A DNA stretch of 64,000 nt from NCBI RefSeq assembly GCF_009914755.1, contig NC_060933.1; one strand, given 5' to 3'. Shown piece after piece: positions 24,831 through 36,859 of the stretch (its first letter is position 1; each line of letters opens with the position of its first letter). Origin of the DNA: the human T2T-CHM13v2.0 reference genome, Homo sapiens. The position numbers and the translations under genes are program-made. The notes under the pieces were generated by a model. The model was given only the letters and a program-made list of their open reading frames with translations, made no database searches and was not told where the DNA came from.

Positions 24831-26559
24831 GTTTAGGGCAAAGTTACTTTTTGTTTAATTATTACATATATATATATTCATATAAATATATATACATATA
24901 TATATAAATATGTATATATATTTGCACTTTGTCTATTGGGGATCTGCATCACTGATTCAATGTCTGTCTTCTCCACTAGATGGCAAGCTCCAGGAGGGCA
25001 GGGTCTACATTACTCGTTATTGTATACTGAAACAGTGCACATAAAAAGTATTTTTCCCTAATTTCCTTCAGACCATCAGTTCTCTTTCTTGGGCTTCAGT
25101 GACTTCATCTATAATGGTAGGTATTCATTTTTCACAATTTGTTTTTCTAAGCATCAACACTCTGGTACAGTGTTGGTCTTCATCACCACTATATCCACAA
25201 AGCCTTCTGAGCCTGAGTGCTGGATCTTCTAGTCACACAGAACAGGTAGGAAAAGATGGGAGTAATTATAATAAACTGTGATATGTGCTACAATAATGGC
25301 ATTAGAAGATGCTAAGGGAGAGGGGGCAGGGAACAACCACATCTGGAGATGCCAGCATAAACTGTCTCTAGAAAAGTCCTTGGCCAAGTTCACATTTGGC
25401 TCATCAGAGCAGGATGGACATTGCCTCCTTTGGGTAACCCCCGGAACTAATCACACTGGCCATAAACAGGCAAGCTCATAGAACTCCTTTCTAATCATTT
25501 TAGATGTCTTTTTTTTCCCTCTCCATTTCAACTCAGGTCTCACAATTTATAAAAAAAATAAATTACCTGCCACCATAGTGTGTAATTTTCAAAACTACCT
25601 GTTCACCACAGCAAAGCAATAATGCCCGGTTCCCAAAGGAAGCATCATTCTCTCCTACATCCCCTTCCTTCCAACTTCATTGTTTGCTGTGCCACATCAA
25701 GGCCAGGAAGGAACAAACACACCAGAATTCAGCCTGCCTTGTGGCTTACTACCTCATCTGAACAGCAGCCATTTGAATGTCTATAAACTTCTTTCATTTC
25801 TCCTCCTCATGGCCTTTGAGCTTTTCTTTCTGGAAATGATACTCTTTCATTTTTATTAAAAACAAGACTTGCAACTTCTTATATTTCTAGCCTGCACCAC
25901 ATTTAAAGTAGTAACTTCTCTGCTTCTCCAGATTATTCCGTTCCTTTGTCCCCTATTAGTGTGAGGTAGTTAAAACAAAAACAAAATCAAAACAAAGAAT
26001 TTGGAATAAAAATCCTTACCTTTGAAACCCAGCTCTATATCCTGGCCAATCCATTTTTCTGCCTGAACCTTAGTTACCTCATATGTTAAATAAGGGCAAT
26101 AAGAGTGCTATTATGCCTTTTCATATCACTTCTTTTGGTGAGATTTAGATCAAAAATCATGGGGCCAAGTGTGCTGTAAACTCTGAGATCCTCTATGTGA
26201 GTCAGTAATAAGTATTATTATTTTTAAACTTTATGGTATATTTCATACCTTCGACTTTGGTGAGCACCTTCCTTTTTTAAGTCTTTATACCTTTTCCAAT
26301 TTTAGAATTTTAATCAAGCTTCTCAAAATTTACTTCTCCATGTAGTGAAAATTTGTTTTTTAGTTAATCACACTTGTTATTTAAGGAAGCAATTCTATCT
26401 GACTAATTCTTTATTCAACAAATATTTATCATGCATATAAAATGTGTAAGTTATGCTCTTTGACTTGATACAAAGCCGTTCCAACTCCCTCTATAACAGT
26501 GCCATCTGATGGTTCTGATGATTATCCCACGTGTGAGTGCTCAAAGAAGTGGGTGAACC

Positions 26560-27270
26560 TACATGTCAGCTAATTTCTTGAGGAGGCAGTTTTAATTTTT
26601 AGGAAGTGATTCTTCATGTTGAGCTAATGTATATCTTCCTGCAATTTCCACCTATTGTACTATTCTAACATTCAGTGTTCTCCTCTACAAGTGTTCGGAT
26701 GTTTGCAGATAGCTACCAAGATACTTCTCCCAACATTTTCTTTCTCCAGGCTAAGAATAAGAAAGTTCCCCAACCATTCTTTGTTTCTGATTTGCTCTTC
26801 CTTTTCTTCTAGCCTCATGATGGTTTGTCATCATCAAGTTTACATTGAGGTTGAACTGCGAATTGCAGATATGGTTGGACCATTTTTTAACTACAGTGGG
26901 GTTATCATTTTCCCCCCTCGAGCATGAAACAACTCTTAGTTCAGCCTGTAATAGCATTAGCACTTTTTGTTCCAGTCAGAGTTCATTGTTGACTCATGCC
27001 ACTGCCATACTTAAATAGAAATACAACCTCAGACTTTAAACCTGTCTTCTCTCCAAACCCTATTTTCTTCATCTCTTATTTATAGAGTTGGAGTTTTAAA
27101 TCCAAGTGAATACTTGATATTTTTCCATATTCAATTTTATCTCTTTAGATTTGATCCAGTGTTCTTATTAGTCAAAAAATTGTTGAGTCCTGATTATTAT
27201 TCAGTGTACTGGCTGTTTTTCTGAACTTCATGCCATAGAAAATTCAATTAATAAACCTTCCATGTACTCC
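26560..27270 (-). mobile_element. L3/CR1 LINE relic
   Basis: TTCTCCAGGCTAA ... CAGATATGGTTGGACCA ... CAGCCTGTAATAGCATTAGC, antisense CR1 3' region. Confidence 0.65.
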
Positions 27271-27362
27271 TACTGTTAGTTAGCATGTTGCAAATTATGG
27301 TTGCGAATGAAGTTTACATACAATGTTAACTGCACCCTGGGTAATTATGTTACCTTTGTTAC

Positions 27363-27653
27363 TTTTTTTTTTTTGAGAGGGAATCTCACTCTGTTGCTAG
27401 GCTGGAGGGCAGTGGTGGGATCTCGGCTCACTGCAACCTATGACTCCCTGGTTCAAGTGATTCTCCGGCCTCAGCCTCCCAAATAGCTGGTATTACAGAC
27501 ACATGCCACCATGCCTGGCTAATTTTCATACTTTTAGTAGAGATGAGGTTTCACCATGTTGGCCAGGATGGTCTCGATCTCCTGACCTCGTGATCCACCC
27601 ACCTCAACCTCCCAAAGTGCTGGGATTACACGTGTGAGCCACCACACCTGGCC
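27363..27653 (-). mobile_element. AluSc-like SINE
   Basis: CCAGGATGGTCTCGATCTCCTGACCTCGTGATCC diagnostic, T tail. Confidence 0.95.
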
Positions 27654-28094
27654 TGTTAGTTCTTTTTTAATCTTCAAAAATCACTACAGTGTATGAAGAT
27701 TTGGTACTATGAAATATACAAAAGATATCACATCTAGCATATAATAGGTGTTCAATAAATGCCTTTCAGGTGAACAAAACCAAGAAAGAGGTTTACCAAA
27801 CCTAATTTAGAAAAAATATCAAAGAAACTACACAGAGAAAAAATAAGAGTATCCTCCACACAAAAGTTGATGAAAGGGAACACAAAGTTGTAAAGGTAAA
27901 TTAAATTCTGAATGGAAGTCAAAAACCAGGTGTAGCTGTATTCAAAATGAGACTAAGCACTCTAAAACTGAGAAGATACATAAAACACTTTCCCTAAAGA
28001 CAGGCACAGGCTGATGGCTGATTCTGATGGCCTTCTGAGGATGTTCTGATGAGCACGAGGGAGCAGCACACAGAAATAAAGCATCCATCCCCTC

Positions 28095-28098
<4 letters not shown>

Positions 28099-28141
<43 letters not shown>

Positions 28142-28156
28142 AAAGAGAGAGAGAGA
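28099..28156. repeat. (CA)20 microsatellite followed by a (GA)n tract
   Basis: 20 perfect CA units at 28099-28138, then GAGAAAGAGAGAGAGAGA. Confidence 0.97.
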
Positions 28157-28179
28157 TTAACTAACTTCCCAGAGAACAT

Positions 28180-28420
28180 CCACTGTGGGCCAGGCATTAT
28201 GCTAAGTCTCATTAAAGTCTCCCCAAAACCTGCGAGAATGCTGGGGAAAAAAATAAGAAAATAAAAATTAAAAATAAAGTCTCCCCCAAACCCATTGAGG
28301 TTGATACTGTGGTCATGTCCACTATGTAAAAGATAAAACTGAAACTTATATAGGTTACATAAATTGCTCTAGGTCATGCACACAGTAAAAATCAGATGTA
28401 GGACTTAAGCTTTGTTATAT
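28180..28420 (-). mobile_element. MIR SINE containing a small insertion
   Basis: GGGCCAGGCATTATGCTAAG ... AGATAAAACTGAAAC ... AGGTCATGCA. Confidence 0.65.
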
Positions 28421-30269
28421 CACTGCTGCGACTGTACACAAATGTCTGTAGGTACTCTTACATAGTTTGAAACACTGGCTACAGTTAATCAATAGTTATT
28501 ACAAGAGAAAGTACTGTCAGATCAAGACTCAAAGTACAATTCCTTAAAGACCAATCAAGGAACCCCTGTGAAGGCTGGTCTATAGCCCACAGATCCCTCT
28601 CCAAAGAGCCTAGTCTGGGTTTTCCATATATGTAAGATATCTAGTTCCCCTTACCATTTTTGTTTTCTCATGCTGGCCAATTCTGGCATTTTATCTGTAG
28701 TCTACACACTAATGTTTAGATTGAAAAATTAGGTTGACAACATCAAGTGCATAGCCTTGGTCATCCCCCAACCCCACATCCATTCAACTCTTAGCCAACT
28801 TAAGTGATCCACTTATGATCTTTCACCTCACTGTCTTATCTGAGTCAACCCACGTCTCCTTTGGTTATCTTACTTCAATGCTCAGGTCAGAGTCTAATGT
28901 CTGTGTCACAGAAAGAATGCTGGAATTGGGAGAAATAAAGAAGCAATGAGCTGGGAGGACTGGAAAGCAAGCATTCAAGCAACGAGAATCTAAACATTCA
29001 ATTCCCGGGCAATCAATAACCTCAGGCACCTTGCTGAAGAAGGAACGGATAGGTTTCCAGGAGGATGGTCCTGAAAGCCCTGTAGACACATCATTTATTC
29101 ACCTAGTATTAATGGAGGACCCACTATGTGTACAGCACTTTGCTAGTTACTGTGGGTACAAGAGTGTGCAAGTCAGAACCAATAGTTTACTGTCTACTGT
29201 GAATCAAAGGGAAGCCTAGACGCCAAAATCTTAGCACTAACTTTGCTAATGACACATGTTATTGAGACACCCCACTTTCTTGCAACTCAGTTTCCCATCT
29301 GCATAACATGTGGGTAAAAAATGCTGGGCAATGCAGCAATTAAGGTCCCTTTCAAGGGTGTGGCTGTTTTCCTGAAACAGTCAATATCTTAGATCCTTTG
29401 TTGGTGGCTTTTTTCAAGTTTGCCACTTGGAGAGGGGGTGGGGAGGCTTCCTGCTGGAAAAGTTCTTTACCATTTTCATAATTGAGTTATGCACTCCCCT
29501 CCTTAGGTCTTTAATCTTCCAACATTTATCCCATCAGTTCTATCTCTAGTGAGCCCTTATCCCAAGATGTTTGTCTATTAAATTAAGAGTTTTGCAGAAG
29601 GGTAGAGCCATTTAAAGGCTGTAAATCACTGGGCAGTCTTTTAGCTGCTCTCTGCTCAGAACCCCACTGCATCATCTAGCACTCATCCTGCCACTGCCTC
29701 CCCTCGGGCCTTGGCTCTCAGAGACAGACAGCTCTGGAGCGTGTAACTGGCAAAGACCTGCCTACTCCAAAACCTGCTCCAGTCTATGGGGCTAGCCTGT
29801 CCTAGGGGTGAGTTGATGGGGAATTTATATAAGCCATTGATTAACCTTCAGGAACGTCAAGAGCAACTTGACACTCTCACTGGTTCTTCTTTCACCTTTT
29901 TCCATAGTGTTTTACATGCAGCCAGACCCCTTCTTGAGACCCTAGTTTTAATAACTGTATCCCTTGATTATATTCCTGACCTAGACTTGAGATTCAAACC
30001 AGAATAACAGAAAACTAACACTCCTGGGACCTTTATTTATTATGAGCCAGATCTTGTATATAGCTTCTGTCATTTATATTTTTATCTTTTACCTGTAAGG
30101 TAAATGATATTATTATTCCCATATTATTGATAAAGACTCTGAGGCCAAGGCAGATTCCATACAGTGTCAAGTTTTTATGACATCTTAATGATGGAGATGA
30201 GATTTTGAATCTGAAGCTGTTTTTCACCAAAGCCTGTGATATGCATTCAGTCATTCATAGGTGCTTTTT

Positions 30270-30596
30270 CTTTCTTTTCTTATTTATTTATTTATTTATT
30301 TATTTATTTTGAGACAGAGGCTCAGTCTGTCACCCAGGTTGGGGTGCGCAGTGGCCCCCGATCTCAGCTCACGGCAATCTCTGCCTCCTGGGTTCAAGTG
30401 ATTCTCCTCTCTCAGCCTCCTGAGTAGCTGGGATCACAGGCGCCCACCACCATGCCCTGCTAATTTTTGTATGTTTAGTAGAGATGGGGTTTCACCATGT
30501 TGGCCAGGCTGGTTTCGAACGACTGACCTCAGGTGAGCTGCCCGCCTCAACTTCCCAAAGTGCTGGGATTACAGACGTGAGCCACAGTGCCCGGCC
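30270..30596 (-). mobile_element. AluSx-like SINE with a (TTTA)n tail
   Basis: Full antisense dimer; TSD CATAG(G/A)TGCTTTTT at 30256-30269 and 30597-30610. Confidence 0.96.
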
Positions 30597-31534
30597 CATA
30601 GATGCTTTTTGAATGACTACTGTCATGTGTCATGCAGGGTGCCAGGCTAGTGTTGTTATGGTAACCAGAATACTTAAGATATCCACATCCTCTTGGAGGA
30701 TACAGTCTGCCCTGCAGTGGTAAGCATCCCCTCAGGACATCAGAGGCATCGGTGCCAGTTCTTTCTCCCTGTCTCTCCACTTGGTGATGAGATTTCTATT
30801 TCTGAACCTTCATGCTGTGGCCACGGTACTGTCACTTTCTAACTCTTGTCCTGTCCATCTATCTGGCTCTCAAGAAATTGCCATAGACTCCCCAAGCCAC
30901 ACTCATGGGAAGCCCTTGTTAAAGTATTGCATGGGCTAGCAGTAGACTGCCCAATGCTCTACTGCATGGTGTGTCTTTTCTGTTGCTTCAGATTGTCTTC
31001 TCTTGTCCTTCCTCTCTAGTGCTTCCCCACTCCTGGGGAGGTCTCCAGGTCTTGCCCTAACGTCTACCTGATTGTTTCAGTCTGCCGCATTCTACCTGCC
31101 TGTTTCATAATGTTTATCAGCCAAAATAAATAAAACAATGCACAATAATGAAACGCAGGAACAAACCCTGGGGGTGTATTCTCCATACATCTGACTCTTT
31201 CCTCAAAGACCTCCTGATCTCAGGCTGTCCCATGACACCTGCTTTCCTGGACTCCACCTAGGTTGACCTTCCTCTAAATGCCTCATGCCTCTCAATGAGC
31301 CTTCCCTGCTCCCACTCATGATGAATCTCTCCAGCTTCAGGAGAAGCTGTCATCATACGTAAAAAATGACTTGAAAGATTTATTTATAATATGTAGAATG
31401 GAGATCACACAGGGGCCAGAGATCAGACAGCTTGATTCAAGTTCCAATTCTACCAGTTACCAGCTATGAGATATCGGTCAGGTCCCACATGCTCTCTGGG
31501 GAAACTATTTCTTTACCTGTTAAATTGGAATATC

Positions 31535-32183
31535 AGAAGCTATAATGACTTTATAATGGGTCTACATAGGTAGGCTGAACTACACTTCCCAGAATTCCTC
31601 CCTTATTTTGATGTTTCTGGTTAGGTTGCACCATAAGGGAGAGCCCTGCAAAGCTCTGGAGGGCGGACTAGTAGCCATTTAACAGCTCACACATGTTATC
31701 ACTGACCTGCTGGCTCACCTCATTGACTTGAAGTAGCAGCTGGGCTTGCAACTGCTCTATTTTCCCCTGGGTCCTCCAGCTTCTACCACTGCTGGGCCAA
31801 GTGCTATGTTTAGCTCTATGACAAATGATATGTATGGTGTCTGTAGAATACCTACATCACCAAGGCCAGAAGCAACAAGTTTCAGTCCATCCTCAAGGGG
31901 TTTCAGCTGAAGCTTGTGGGTTGAGTCTGCCCTCAACCTCCCAACTTTACATCTATCTTACCTTTCTGACTTCCAGCCCTTTGAGCTTTGAGCTCTATCT
32001 AGCATTCAATGCAGAGACAATGGCCTTGCAGACACACTTAACTAGCTCTCATAATTGCAAAAGGCCAAAAACCAGTAACAGGAATTTTATGTATAGGTAT
32101 AAGCTTGTGTGATGAGCCTGTATTTGTTTGTGTGCATGTGTGTAATCAGTAGTTCTGCTTCTCTGGTTGAACGTTGACTAACA
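31535..32183 (+). mobile_element. MLT2 (E/F-like) ERVL solo LTR
   Basis: TAGGCTGAACTACACTTCCCAGAATTCC near the start; GTTCTGCTTCTCTGGTTGAAC ... TGACTAACA end. Confidence 0.75.
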
Positions 32184-32229
32184 GAAAGACTATTTAGAAA
32201 ACTTTCAAGAAAAGTATGAAACTCAGGAG

Positions 32230-32605
32230 CATAAAAGAATAACCATTAGCTCATGGATCTGCAGTTCAGCTGAGGGGACTCTTCTTCATGCAGCATCTCT
32301 GTTGGTTACTTGGAGTGCCTGTGTTCCACTTGGGTTTATTCTGGAGCCCAGGGACAGCAGTTGCATGAGGAAAACTCTGCTCCTGAAGATGACAGAAGCT
32401 CTAGGGGACAAACCCCATTGAAAAAGCACATTTTAAGCCCCTGATTATGTTATGTTTACTGACATCCCATTGGCCAAATCAAATCACATGGCCAAGTTCA
32501 AAGTCAAGAGGCAGAGAGATGCATTTGCCTTTTGTGAGAGAAGGTGCAAATATGTATGGGGAAGGACACGGCTACAAAATTAAGAATTGGGGGCTACACT
32601 TACAA
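32230..32605 (-). mobile_element. Old MLT1 (H-K-like) LTR
   Basis: ACATCCCATTGGCCAAATCAAATCACATGGCCAAG. Confidence 0.75.
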
Positions 32606-32939
32606 GATAGTGGTTCAGAAAAGTATCCAGACACCTGCTTCTGCCCCTTCCCAGCTATGCTGTAACTAGATATGGCTATGAATGAACTGAGAAATGGCTC
32701 TTCCAATTCTGATTTTGCTACTAAGTAGCTGTGGGTTATTTAAAAAGTTAATTCATAACACTTTGTCTGAAAAATTGGAATAATGATGCTTATCCCTGGA
32801 GTAAGACCAACTGGATTCAGTCTTTTGATGATTCATTGATTTAGGGAGAATATGCAATTATAGAGTCGTCAAATGAATGGGAATAATCAGAGGTTTATTT
32901 TTTTCTTTTATTTGGTCATTTTAAAATTATTTCACTTTA

Positions 32940-33560
32940 AATACATTTTATTGAAATTATAAGTAAAAATAAAAGACTACCTTCAAAGCCCTCACACCCA
33001 AGTCCATATCAATGTCCCCTCAAAGGAAATCATTGTTAAAATTTTGCTTATATATTTCCAAATATTTTCAGGACTTTATATATATGCATGAATTACACAC
33101 ACATGATCATATTTTCTCATACTGTAGCTTGCTCTTTTACTTTGCTATGTCTTCGTTATCTTCTTATTTTAGTCTATGTAGATTTATTTCATCCTTTTAA
33201 AATCTGTCTCATATTCCAAAGTGTGAATCTACCAGAATATGTTTAACATTTGTTCTGTTAATGATCATGGAAATTCTTCCAGATATGCCTTAACTAACCC
33301 AGTGTTGAAGTTTGTACCTGTCTTTGTGCAATGTGAGAATGTTTTCTGTAGGATAGATACCTAAGAAACTGCTGGGTCGAAGAGTATTCATGTTTTTGGA
33401 ATTTTGATAGATAACTGCCACACTGCCTTCAAAAAAGTTAAAAAGAAGAAAGAAAAAAAGCCTGATCCAATTTACAAATTCACCGACATTATAGAGAAGT
33501 ACCATGTCTCCAAATCTTTCACAACACACAATGTCATCAATTTTTGAGATTTTTTTCTAA
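32940..33560 (-). mobile_element. L1ME-like fragment
   Basis: TTTTCTGTAGGATAGATACCTAAGAA ... TTTTGATAGATAACTGCCA. Confidence 0.65.
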
Positions 33561-33655
33561 TAATGTATTGGATGGTTGTCACAGGACTATTATGATGAAT
33601 GATGTCAATAGGCACAAGCAAAGAAAATGAGTTATTTTAATTTAGTAAAGAATAC

Positions 33656-34328
<673 letters not shown>

Positions 34329-34479
34329 AATAATAAACTTAATTTCCTGAAGACTGAACAGTGTTCTCTTCACGACAGGGGCAAATTTTGTTGGTCCTAA
34401 ATCCTTCACAAGAAGTCTTTTTGTAGGTGGTACAACTCAAACAGAGTAGAAACCCTACTGAGCCTGCAAGTAGCTCAGC

Positions 34480-34942
34480 TGTGGTAGGCAGGATGTTTCC
34501 CAGAAAGTGTCTGTGTCCTAATCCCCAAAACCTGTGAATGTTATCGTACAAGACAAAAGAAAGATGGCAAATGTGATTATGGTTAATAATCTTGAGATGG
34601 GGAGATTATCCTGCATAATACAGGTATGTTCAGTCTAATTACGTGAATCCTTAAGAACATAAAACCTTTCCAAGCTGTGATCAGAGAGAACCATGTCTAT
34701 AGAAGAGTAATCAGGGAGATATTGTGAAGATGGGGGAAAGGGTTGTGAGCCAAGGAGTGGGCAAAGACAGACGCTTCTGTAGAGCCTCCAGAGTGTAGTG
34801 CAGCCCTGCCAGTGTCTTGCTCTTAGCCCAGAGCAATCCATATCAGACTTCTCAAATACAGAACTGTAAGATAACAAATTCGTATTCTTTAAATCACTAA
34901 GTTTGGGCTAACTCATTATACTCACAACAGAAAATTAATCTA
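34480..34942 (+). mobile_element. MLT1D-like solo LTR
   Basis: TGTGGTAGGCAG start, CTTGAGATGGGGAGATTATCCTG, AGAACTGTAAGATAACAAATT. Confidence 0.88.
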
Positions 34943-35448
34943 GCCACCCTCTTTGTGTTCTGGGGCAAAAAGGCAGTGATAATCTCCTTTTGGTTTCTTC
35001 CTAATGAAATGTGGGTTAGTCTCTTGCCTACCCACTAAGTACAAGGAACTGACAAAAACCATAGAACATTTATCAGTATTTGCTATAAGGATTAACTGAA
35101 GGTCAGTGTATACATGTTTGACAGGCATCATCTACCTGGCAGATACAGATGCAACATACAAACCTGTTTGAATTAATGAAAAATATTATTTCAATTGTGC
35201 CTCAGTTTTAATTTGTTTAATTGTGAATGGGGTTAAATAGTTTTTCATATATTAATTAGCAATTTTTTAATTTGCTGGCTTACAGCTTTCACTAATTAAT
35301 CAAATGGGTTGTTTGCCTTGTGATAATGACTGTAAAAACTATTTATATATTTTGTATACAAACCTTTTGTCAAATTTGTCGTAACTATTTCTCTCAGTCA
35401 TATATATATGTTTTATATATCTCTATATATTTCTATGTAGACACTTAT

Positions 35449-36637
35449 AAATCATGTTCCATATAACAATATTTTGGTCAACAATGGACCAACAGTGGCC
35501 CTGTAAGATTATGATGGAACTGAAAAGTTCCTATTGCCCAGAGACATCTTAGCCATTGTGCAATGGATTACTCAGATATTTGTGGTGATGCTGGTATAAG
35601 AAAACTTATATTAATGTATAGCACATACAATTATATACAGTACATAATACTTTATAATGATAATAAATATGTTACTGGTTGATGTATTTACTGTTATTAT
35701 ATTTTTAATCATTATTTTAAAGTGTACTTCTACATCTTACATATATGTAAAGTTAATTGTAAAATGGCCTCAGGCAGGTCCTTCAAGAGGTATTCCAGAA
35801 GAAGGCATTGTTATCATAGGAGGTGACAGCTCCGTGTGCGTTATTCCCCCTGTAGACCTTCCAGTGGGACAAGATATGGAGGAGGAGGAAGACAGTGATA
35901 ATAATGATACTGACCCTATGTAGGACTAGATGAATGTATATGTTTGTGGATTAGTTTCTAACAAAAAAGTTTGCAAAGTAGAAAATCATTAAAAATAGAA
36001 AAAAGTGTATAAAATAAGGATATAAGGAAAAATATTTTTGTACAGCTGTACAATGTGTTTGTGTTTTAAGCTACCTCTTTAACGTTACTACAAAAAGAGA
36101 AAGTTCAGAAAGTTTAAAAGTTTGTGAAGTAAGAAAGTTACAGTAAACTAAGGTGAATTTATTATTGAAGAAATTCAAATATAAAAATAAATTTTGTAGC
36201 TTAAGTGTATAGTGTTTATAAAATCTATGGTAGTGTACAGTAATGTTCTACATATTCACATTCACTCTCCACTCCCTCATTGACTCACCCAGAGCAACTT
36301 CCAGTTCTGCAAGCTCCATTTATGATAAGTGCTTATACAGGTGTACCAATTTTTATCTTTTATATTATATTTTTACTGTACTTTACATATGTAAGGTATG
36401 TTTAGATAAACAGATACTTACCAGTGTGTTACAATTGCCTGCAGTATTCAGTACAATAACATGCTATACAGGTTTGTGGCCTAGGAACAATTGGCTATAT
36501 CATATAGCTTAGAGGTGTAGTAGGCCACACTATCTAAGTTTGTGTAAGTACACTCTTCGAGATTCATACAATGATAAAATCTCTCCTAATGATGCATTTC
36601 TCAGAATGTATCCCTTTTGTTAATCAACACAAATGTG
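35449..36637 (+). mobile_element. Tigger3b-like TcMar DNA transposon (non-autonomous)
   Basis: GCCTCAGGCAGGTCCTTCAAGAGGTATTCCAGAAGAAGGCATTG core; degenerate terminal inverted repeats; ~1.19 kb. Confidence 0.88.
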
Positions 36638-36859
36638 TGTGCAACTCTCTCTCACACACACACACATATCAGTCAGTTTGTGTTTTTCTCTGTTTCTACT
36701 GGGTATTTTGACTTCCATAAGAAGGCCTTGGCAAACTAGGTTTATTTTTATGAATTGCCTTCTACCTTATTCTACCATTATTCAGTTTATGATTTTATGC
36801 CCATATTTTGCTCTTTATACATGTGAAACTTATTTTTTAAATTATTTTGGAAAGAGTTT

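Noticed and set aside
35657-35923. 88-aa ORF with an acidic tail
   Set aside because: Lies wholly within the non-autonomous Tigger3b-like element
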